A stretch of 64,000 nucleotides of DNA from Myxococcota bacterium (lineage in GTDB: Bacteria; Myxococcota; Myxococcia; Myxococcales; Myxococcaceae), in the NCBI GenBank assembly GCA_049322255.1, contig JBMORE010000163.1:1-64000 (forward strand), in the 5' to 3' direction. Within the stretch, counting starts at the first letter, position 1, and the number at the start of each line of letters is the position of its first letter. Below the pieces are notes generated by a model. It had not been told where the DNA came from. It worked only from the letters and a program-made list of their open reading frames with translations, and searched no databases. Of the stretch, positions 57,600-64,000 are shown piece by piece. A program made the position numbers and the translations under genes.

Positions 57600-58682
57600 T
57601 CAACCGACAGCACGCACGCGGCGGCGGTGCTTGGCGGCGTACAACTCACCATCGGCCCGCTCGAGGAGCTGCTCCCAGGTCTCCTCCGGTCGTTCTCCCG
57701 CCGCGGCGATGCCGAAGCTGAACGACGCCCTCAACGAGGGATCGGGGGAATGAAAGGGCCGTTCCCCCAGCTCCGCGGAAATCTTTTCGAGGAGCCGAGT
57801 CGCCCCGGATCGGTCGGCGCCGACCATCACCACCGCGAACTCGTCGCCGCCGATGCGCGCTGCGAGGTCGCTCTTGCGCATTCGCTGTGACAGGGCCTGC
57901 GCCACGGTGCGAAGGGCATCGTCCCCGGCGCGGTGACCGTATCGGTCGTTGAGGTACTTGAGACGGTCTTGGTCAATCATCGCGACCGAGAGCGGCGTTC
58001 CAAAGGCCTGGGCGCGCCGAAGCTCGCGGTCCACGAAGAGGCGAAAGGCGCGGCGGTTGGGCAGCCCGGTGAGCTCGTCGGTCTCTCGCTGGGTGCGCTC
58101 GTCGCGCAGCTCGCGGCTACGCTTGATGGCGCCGCGCAGCCGGGCCGACAGCTCCTCGGCCAAGACCGGCTTGATGAGGTAGTCGCAGGCGCCTCGGTCG
58201 AGGGCCTTCACCATTTCCTCCCGTTCATGAGCGGCGCTGACGAACACGCAAGGGATGTCTGCCGTCCATTCGTCACCCCGGAGGATGTCGACCAGCGAGT
58301 AGCCGCTCATCTCGGGCATGCGAAGGTCGCTCACCACCGCGTCGGGCCGGCGCTCGCGAATCCAGCGCAGCGCTTCGTGGGGGTTGGTGGTGGTGAGGAC
58401 CTCGAACTCGGGAGACAAAAGCTCTCGTAACGCGTTCACCGCGTTGGCCTCGTCGTCGACCGCCACCACCAGCGGCGTCGCGCGCTCTTCTCGGGTCTTG
58501 GCCAAAAGCTCGTTCAGCCGGGAGGAGAGAAGCGCCGCCTCTTCGGCCACCGCTCCGGCGACCTCGCGGCTGGGCGTGTCCGACAGCGCGGCGTCGAGTG
58601 CCGGCATGCCGACCAACAGCTCTTCCATCGGGCGGCGGAGCGATTGGAGCAGAGCAAACAGGTAAGAAGAATCGGCGCTCAT
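57600..58682 (-). CDS. REC-GGDEF diguanylate cyclase
   Basis: VDDE, SDLRMP and YLIKP (REC), then DELTGLPNRR, NDRYGHRAGD, I-site RKSD and GGDEF. Confidence 0.92.
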   Translation of the reverse strand: MSADSSYLFALLQSLRRPMEELLVGMPALDAALSDTPSREVAGAVAEEAALLSSRLNELLAKTREERATPLVVAVDDEANAVNALRELLSPEFEVLTTTNPHEALRWIRERRPDAVVSDLRMPEMSGYSLVDILRGDEWTADIPCVFVSAAHEREEMVKALDRGACDYLIKPVLAEELSARLRGAIKRSRELRDERTQRETDELTGLPNRRAFRLFVDRELRRAQAFGTPLSVAMIDQDRLKYLNDRYGHRAGDDALRTVAQALSQRMRKSDLAARIGGDEFAVVMVGADRSGATRLLEKISAELGERPFHSPDPSLRASFSFGIAAAGERPEETWEQLLERADGELYAAKHRRRVRAVG

Positions 58683-58696
58683 GAAAGCCTTACAAC

Positions 58697-58712
58697 AGCA
58701 ACGGCTGTGCCA
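58697..58712 (-). promoter_or_regulatory. Sigma54 -24/-12 promoter of the diguanylate cyclase gene
   Basis: Minus strand reads TGGCACAGCCGTTGCT, a near-perfect consensus, ending 14 nt before the ATG at 58682. Confidence 0.75.
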
Positions 58713-58828
58713 AGAGTTTCGTGGGCAGCGGTCGTTAGGTGACGCAACCCTTGCGCCTGCCGGGGCGTTTGCTGTCGCGTGCGAGCGCTTCGAGGGTGTA
58801 AAGGTGCGCCCTTCGCCAGGAGGCCGAA

Positions 58829-61333
58829 GTGTCCGCTCCCCCGGAAACCGCCAACCACCTCGAGCTGGGCAAGGCCAAAAAAGCGCACGCCTTCGCGCCT
58901 TACGTCCCTGCCAGTCAGTCGCCGCGGGAGATGACGCTGCGGGCACTGGGTTTAGGAGCGGTGTTGGGAATCATCTTCGCCGCCTCCTCGGTGTACCTGG
59001 CGGTGAAGGTGGGCATGACGGTGTCGGCGTCGATTCCCATCGCGGTGTTGTCGATCGCCATCTTCCGCGCCTTGGGCCGCTCGAGCATCCTCGAGAATAC
59101 CATCGTGCAGACCACCGGTTCGGCGGGCGAGTCGTTGGCCTTCGGGGTGGCCGCGGCGCTGCCGGCGCTCTTGTTCATGGGGTACGAAATCGACCTCCTC
59201 CACGCCTTCCTGGTGGCGGCGCTGGGCGGCGTCCTGGGCGTGTTGATGATGATTCCGCTCCGGCACGGCTTGGTGGTGCAGGAGCACGGCAAGCTGATGT
59301 ACCCCGAGGGCACCGCCTGCGCCGACGTGCTCATTGTGGGGGAACAGGGCGGCACCAATGCGCGCACGGTCATCACCGGCTTCGTCGTCGGGGCGCTGTA
59401 CAAAATCGCTTACCTGGGCGGAAAGCTGTGGCGCGAGGTGGTGGGGGTCGCGCTCGACAAGGTGACGCTCGACCCGGTGACCAAGAAAATCGCCTCCTAC
59501 AAAGGTTACCTGGGAGGCTCGGTGGCGGTGGAGGTGAGCCCGGAGCTTCTCGGGGTGGGCTACATCATCGGGCCGCGCATCGCCGGGGTGACTTTCGCCG
59601 GCGGCGTCTTGAGCTACCTCATCCTCATTCCGGCAATCAAATTCTTCGCCGGCAACTTGGACCCCACGGCGCTGGCGCAGCTGGGCCTTCCCGGAGGAGG
59701 GGACGCGCCCCTCGTTTCCCAGATGGGACCGGACACCATCCGCAACTACTTCGTCCTCTACATCGGAGCGGGCGCGGTGGCGACCGGCGGCCTCATCAGC
59801 CTCATCCGCTCCATGCCCACCATCGTCAGCGCTTTTCGCCGCGGGGTACAGACCTTCCTCGCCTCGCGCCGGCAACAGACGTCCGGACCGCAGCTGCCCC
59901 GCACCGAGCAGGACTTGCCCATCACCGTGGTCATCGGCGGCTCCTTGCTCTTGGTGCTCGCCATTTGGCTGGCGCCGCCGCTGCACATCAACTTCCTCTC
60001 CGCGCTGCTGATCATCGTCTTCGGCTTCTTCTTCGTCACCGTGAGCGCGCGCATCACCGGGGAGATTGGCTCCTCCTCCAACCCCATCTCCGGCATGGTG
60101 GTGGCCACGCTCTTGGCCACCTGTCTCATCTTCCTGGTGCTGGGGTGGACCTCGCCGGCCGACCGCTTCATCGCCCTCTCCACCGCGGCGGTGGTGGGCA
60201 TCGCCGCCTCCAACGGCGGCACCACCGCGCAGGACTTGAAGACCGCTTTTTTGGTCGGAGGCACTCCACGCCGGCAGCAGCTGGCGCTCTTCGTGGGGGT
60301 CATCACCAGCGCCGCGCTCATCGGGCTCACCTTGGTGACCCTCAACAAGGGGGCAACCGCCATCCTCCCCGAGCAGCACCCGGGGGTGGCGCTCACCGAC
60401 CTCACCGGAGAGACGGAGAAGATGTACGAGTACTCCTTCACCCCCAAGGGCGAAGTGAGCCGCGAGGAGCTGGCCAAGGCGCTGTGGGCGGAAGGCTACG
60501 AGCTGCGCGAGGGGGCGGTGCGCACCTTTCACACCCGCACGCAAGAGGAGCTGGCGGCCCTCACCCTCAGCCTTCCCGGTGGCAAGGTGCAGGTAGGCAG
60601 CCTCGCCGACGTCGGCGTGCCCAAAGAGCACACCTTACGGGTGGGCTTTTTGCGCGGCAGCGTCAGCCCGCCCGACGGCAAGTACCTCATCGACGAGGCG
60701 GGCAGCATTCAGTACCTGGTCGACCCCGGCATCGGAGGCCGTGTCTCGGAGTATTTGGGCAAGAAGCTGACCCGCTACGACGCTCCCAAGGCGAGGCTGT
60801 TCTCGCTCATCATCGACGGCATTCTCACCCAGAAGCTGCCCTGGACCCTGGTGCTCCTGGGGGTGTTCATCGCCTTGATGCTCGAGCTGTGTGGGGTTTC
60901 CTCGCTGCCCTTCGCGGTGGGGGTGTACCTGCCTATCTCCACCAGCGCGCCCATCTTCTGCGGGGGAATCGTGCGCTACATCATCGACAAGGTGCACGGC
61001 GCCAAGGAGAGCGAGGCGGAGTTCTCACCCGGCGTGCTTCTCTCCTCGGGCTACATCGCCGGCGGCGCCATCGCCGGGGTGGTGTTGGCGATGCTCGCCA
61101 TCCCGCGAGGAGGAGCGTTCTTGTCGGCGCTCAACCTCCCAGAGCTTTTGGGCACCGACAACCCGGTGGGCCGCTTCCTCAACATGGTGGGCGAGAGCGA
61201 GCACGCGCACCCGGTGGTTTCGGTGCTGTGGGGCCTGCTTTTCTTCATCGGACTCGCCGCGCTCCTGTTGCGAGTGGGCTTGAGGAAGGAGAGCGCCGCG
61301 GTGAGCGGCCGAGGCGACTCGCCCGGGACGTGA
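58829..61333 (+). CDS. OPT-family oligopeptide transporter
   Basis: EMTLRAL, TVSASIP, ENTIVQTTGSAGES, YPEGTACA, SSNPISGM, QDLKTAFLVG and FAVGVYLP motifs. Has a large soluble insertion in the C-terminal half. Confidence 0.93.
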   Translation: MSAPPETANHLELGKAKKAHAFAPYVPASQSPREMTLRALGLGAVLGIIFAASSVYLAVKVGMTVSASIPIAVLSIAIFRALGRSSILENTIVQTTGSAGESLAFGVAAALPALLFMGYEIDLLHAFLVAALGGVLGVLMMIPLRHGLVVQEHGKLMYPEGTACADVLIVGEQGGTNARTVITGFVVGALYKIAYLGGKLWREVVGVALDKVTLDPVTKKIASYKGYLGGSVAVEVSPELLGVGYIIGPRIAGVTFAGGVLSYLILIPAIKFFAGNLDPTALAQLGLPGGGDAPLVSQMGPDTIRNYFVLYIGAGAVATGGLISLIRSMPTIVSAFRRGVQTFLASRRQQTSGPQLPRTEQDLPITVVIGGSLLLVLAIWLAPPLHINFLSALLIIVFGFFFVTVSARITGEIGSSSNPISGMVVATLLATCLIFLVLGWTSPADRFIALSTAAVVGIAASNGGTTAQDLKTAFLVGGTPRRQQLALFVGVITSAALIGLTLVTLNKGATAILPEQHPGVALTDLTGETEKMYEYSFTPKGEVSREELAKALWAEGYELREGAVRTFHTRTQEELAALTLSLPGGKVQVGSLADVGVPKEHTLRVGFLRGSVSPPDGKYLIDEAGSIQYLVDPGIGGRVSEYLGKKLTRYDAPKARLFSLIIDGILTQKLPWTLVLLGVFIALMLELCGVSSLPFAVGVYLPISTSAPIFCGGIVRYIIDKVHGAKESEAEFSPGVLLSSGYIAGGAIAGVVLAMLAIPRGGAFLSALNLPELLGTDNPVGRFLNMVGESEHAHPVVSVLWGLLFFIGLAALLLRVGLRKESAAVSGRGDSPGT

Positions 61334-61471
61334 CCTTTAATAGTGCGTGGTTACGAGTCGGCTGGAGCGCAGTTGGCCAGTCAGCTCCCGGTCCGTAGTG
61401 TGTAGCCGCGCGCTTCGGCCGCCTCCGGGAGCGTCGGAGCGGCGAGGTAGAAGACTGCCGCGAGGCGAGGC

Positions 61472-62090
61472 GTGGCGGAGAGTGGGCGGGAGTACTTCCG
61501 GCGCAAGCCGGAGTCCAAGCATTTCGGGCGGCGGCTGGCGTTGGGAGGAGGGTTCTCGCTCCACGCTGGCACGCTACGGAGCGCGGGGCCCCCTCGCCGA
61601 GCCCAGGCTGTCCTTGCGCGAAGACGGACGTTACGCCTACCAGACGAAGCGTGGAGTGACGCTGGTAATGACGGAGGAACAGTTGGTGCGGCGTTTGTTG
61701 AGCCTCATCCCTCCAAAGGGCTTGCATCTGACCAACTTCCACGGGGTGTTTGCCTCCCACTCGCGCATGCGGGAGAAGTTGGTGCCGCAGCGAACGGTGC
61801 GCGAGGAAAATACGAGGAGCGCCGGTGCCGGGCGTTCCGCACCGCAGTCCGCCGGGGACCTGCCGAGAATGAGCCAAAAGAAGCGGCCGCGGCTGGACTG
61901 GGCGGCCCTGCATGCACGGACGTGGCAAGTGGACGTCTGGCGCTGCCCGTGCGGTGGGAGGAGGAAGGTGACGGCGGTGGTGACGAGCGGGCGCACAGCG
62001 GAGCGGGTGCTCGAGAACATGGGCTTACTCGGCCCACGGCCACCTCTACCCGCCGCGCAGTCGCCGCCCCAACTGACGTTGGCGGTTTGA
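61472..62090 (+). pseudogene. IS91/ISCR-family (Y2) transposase, 3' remnant with frameshifting internal deletion
   Basis: GFSLHAGT lies in one frame and LARYGARGPLA..RL...LIPP..LHLTNFHGVFA...RLDWAAL..RTW.VDV..CPCGGRRK in another. The N-terminal half is absent. Confidence 0.8.
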
Positions 62091-62254
62091 GGCAACGCTG
62101 AACCGGACCGTGCCGCCGCTCCCGCCAGCGCCGCGAAGGCGCTGGTGCGCCCAAAGAGCGGAACAGGCCCATCGCCGCACCCTCCACGCGCCGAACAAGC
62201 TGCGTCGCGCACCCTCCAGCCCGGCACGCGCTACTTGCCCGCGCGTCTAGAAAT

Positions 62255-62273
62255 GCAGTTTGATCTTCCTCAC
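62255..62273 (+). mobile_element. oriIS-like terminus of the IS91/ISCR-like element
   Basis: GCAGTTTGATCTTCCTCAC resembles the ISCR/IS91 ori end (G.GTTTGAA.TTCCTATAC, recalled). Lies about 165 nt after the transposase stop. Confidence 0.55.
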
Positions 62274-62420
62274 CTTCCCCAACTCGAGGCTGCGCTCAAC
62301 GATCCCGCGACGTACTCCGACCCGAACGTCGACGCCGTGCGCCTCTCCGCCGACCTGGAGGCCGCGTCGAAAGAGGTCGATCGCCTCTATGCTCGCTGGC
62401 AGGAGCTACAGAGCTCGTGA
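62274..62420 (+). pseudogene. 3' fragment of an ABC-F (Uup-like) gene, C-terminal domain only
   Basis: QLEAALNDPATYSD...DLEAASKEVDRLYARWQELQ matches the ABC-F C-terminal coiled-coil pattern and begins at the oriIS-like end. Confidence 0.7.
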
Positions 62421-62452
62421 ATCCCTGAGCTGCGGGCAGTAAGAGGCGCATC

Positions 62453-62884
62453 ATGACCAAGACTCTTCTCGCTGCTGCCCTGACCACCACAGTGCTTCTC
62501 GGCGGGTGCATTGCTCTCGGTTGGCGTTTTGGTCCGGGCTTCGCGTTGACGGACACTCCGCTGGACGAAGCGCTCTTCTCGGAGCCGCCCGTCGTGGTGC
62601 ACCGGGGCGAGGAGTACTTTCTGACCTGGACCCAGGGGAGTTACCCGTACTTCTTCCAGCCAAACTACAAGGCGATGGACGGTCGGCTTGTGTTCGCGCT
62701 GGTGGCCACAAGCAGCTCCGGGAACCTTGCTGGACGCCACCGGGAGATGAAGATCGAGGGTGCCCACAACCTTCAGGCTCTGCAGCGCGGAGGCGCCTAC
62801 TGGTGGCAGCGGGAGCCTGAGCCCGACGGAAACTTCGTGCCGCTAAAGATTGTGGAACCGTCCCCGCCAGCGCCACCCCGGTAA
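62453..62884 (+). CDS. Hypothetical membrane-anchored protein
   Basis: AAGAGG ribosome-binding site, N-terminal hydrophobic helix and high GC3. Confidence 0.7.
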   Translation: MTKTLLAAALTTTVLLGGCIALGWRFGPGFALTDTPLDEALFSEPPVVVHRGEEYFLTWTQGSYPYFFQPNYKAMDGRLVFALVATSSSGNLAGRHREMKIEGAHNLQALQRGGAYWWQREPEPDGNFVPLKIVEPSPPAPPR

Positions 62885-62949
62885 ACGTCTTGACGACGCT
62901 CCGGACGAGCTTAGGCGCGAGCTGTTCAGCTCTCTCGTGTCGAATACAC

Positions 62950-63060
62950 CTACGGCGATGTGCCAACGCGCGACAGCCAGTAACCTGGGCGCCTGCTCGA
63001 GTGGGCGATTGCCACGATGAAGACCGCCTCCTCCTCGACGATGTACGGGAGGAGGGTCAT
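62950..63060 (-). pseudogene. C-terminal remnant of a ParE/RelE-family toxin
   Basis: Manual translation gives MTLLPYIVEEEAVFIVAIAHSSRRPGYWLSRVGTSP*. AxAH..RRPGYW is the typical ParE-like C-terminus. Confidence 0.7.
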
Positions 63061-63066
63061 CGGTGG

Positions 63067-63594
63067 TCAGTCGACTCCCGAGTCGAACATGATGGACCCC
63101 AAGGGCAGGAACATTGCGCTGGGCGCGGGTCGGTCGCCGAGCTCACCCGCGAGGGCCTCCATGTGCTCGAAGCCGTAGGACTCGTAGAAGGCTATGGCGT
63201 CCGCCTTCGCGTCGACGACCACCCCGAGGCAGCCGACCTTCTGCGCCATCTCGCGCGCCAGAAGAAAGGCGGCCTTGAGCAGCTCGCTCCCTATGCCGCG
63301 TCGTTGAGACGGGCCATGCACGGCCAGACGCGCGATGCGCAGCGCAGGTAGAGGGTATCCAGGCAGGCCCTTTCGCCGCCGCGCGGGGAGGTTGGCAATC
63401 TCGACCTCGGCGGCCACCACGGTGACGAAGCCATGGATGAGCTCGCCCTCGATGGCGACGTAGGTGGTTCCGATGTGGTGGCGGAACTGATTCTGGCCAG
63501 CAAACCGCTGGAAGAAGCGGTCCAGCTCGATGTTGCCGGACCGGAAGGTCGAGCGGTCGTCTTCTGGCCGCAGCCGCCGAATCTCGAGTGGCAC
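63067..63594 (-). CDS. GNAT acetyltransferase toxin (TacT/AtaT-like)
   Basis: DRSTFRSGNIELDRFF, PALRIARLAV, QRRGIGSELL and VVVDAK..AIAFYESYGF motifs. Confidence 0.9.
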   Translation of the reverse strand: MPLEIRRLRPEDDRSTFRSGNIELDRFFQRFAGQNQFRHHIGTTYVAIEGELIHGFVTVVAAEVEIANLPARRRKGLPGYPLPALRIARLAVHGPSQRRGIGSELLKAAFLLAREMAQKVGCLGVVVDAKADAIAFYESYGFEHMEALAGELGDRPAPSAMFLPLGSIMFDSGVD

Positions 63595-63601
63595 GGCGAC
63601 G

Positions 63602-63871
63602 CTACTTCTTCGAAAAGAGCTTCTTCATCGCGGCGGTCGGCGGCCGAGGATTTGCCAGCCGCTCAAGGATGCGCTCGCCGCTCTCTCGGCTTACCACGAT
63701 GCGCGTGGGGATGATGACGTCCAGTGGCAGCTCCTTGAGTGCCTGCAGGTGGTGCAGGAGGGCGTCTTCAACCAGGCGCCCCTGCTTTACTCCGTGAGCC
63801 TCTGCGTACCGCTCCAACTCCTTCTTGGTGGAGACGGAAACGTGAGCGGAGATTTGCGTTTCGTCGATCAT
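63602..63871 (-). CDS. RHH antitoxin (DUF1778/TacA-like)
   Basis: N-terminal RHH-like strand-helix and C-terminal RIVVS...LANPRPPTAAMKKLF. Directly upstream of the GNAT gene. Confidence 0.85.
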   Translation of the reverse strand: MIDETQISAHVSVSTKKELERYAEAHGVKQGRLVEDALLHHLQALKELPLDVIIPTRIVVSRESGERILERLANPRPPTAAMKKLFSKK

Positions 63872-63899
63872 GAATTGCCTCGCCCGTGATTTCTACCAA

Positions 63900-63928
63900 A
63901 AGATATAGGCTCAAGGGGGCTAGAGCAA
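63900..63928 (-). promoter_or_regulatory. Putative sigma70-type promoter of the GNAT TA operon
   Basis: Minus strand reads TTGCTC-N17-TATCTT upstream of the antitoxin. Confidence 0.45.
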
Positions 63929-64000
63929 GTCGGCCAAGCCGTGGGGCGCTGGGGGCCACTTGCGCGAGGCTCGAACGGCGAGCGCGCTCTGGTGTTGTGA

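Noticed and set aside
58681..61398. 905-aa alternative-frame ORF over the OPT gene (likewise 54755-56863, 26205-28136 and others)
   Set aside because: Shadow ORFs caused by GC3 bias, with no motifs.
62882..62920. Possible integron attC site after 62453-62884
   Set aside because: No proper RYYYAAC/GTTRRRY pair or extended palindrome, and no integrase.

Overview
A high-GC chromosomal segment from a myxobacterium (Myxococcota, Myxococcaceae/Archangiaceae-like). The assignment rests on a MYXO-CTERM-type tail, D(A/G)G-rich linkers, PEGA/TPR + Cys-rich lipoprotein pairs and a myxobacterial-type IS91-like remnant. It is a draft assembly with one 100-N gap (15845-15944). Housekeeping genes include kdsB, wecB, a RluA-family synthase, plsC, purF, yhbY, split methylmalonyl-CoA mutase, acyl-CoA carboxylase subunits, msrPQ, a Ski2-like helicase and an OPT transporter. 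Scattered among them are five intact TA modules (VapBC, three different MNT/HEPN pairs, GNAT-RHH) and a ParE remnant. Best candidates for undescribed systems: (1) a translationally coupled CheY-like regulator / zinc-ribbon protein with FliM-N- and CheZ-C-like peptides / orphan PilB-GspE ATPase, preceded by a double-transmitter kinase and followed by a goose-type lysozyme; (2) a Cys-rich putative leader peptide ahead of a metal-binding-thioredoxin lipoprotein and a CxxC/His beta-barrel; (3) a PspF-like sigma54 activator divergent from an nfeD-flotillin-flotillin operon with a -24/-12 site; (4) a BoxC/REP-like palindrome translated in frame inside kdsB and supplying the wecB stop. No rRNA, tRNA or CRISPR array was seen. 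All family calls come from motif recognition by eye, not from database searches.
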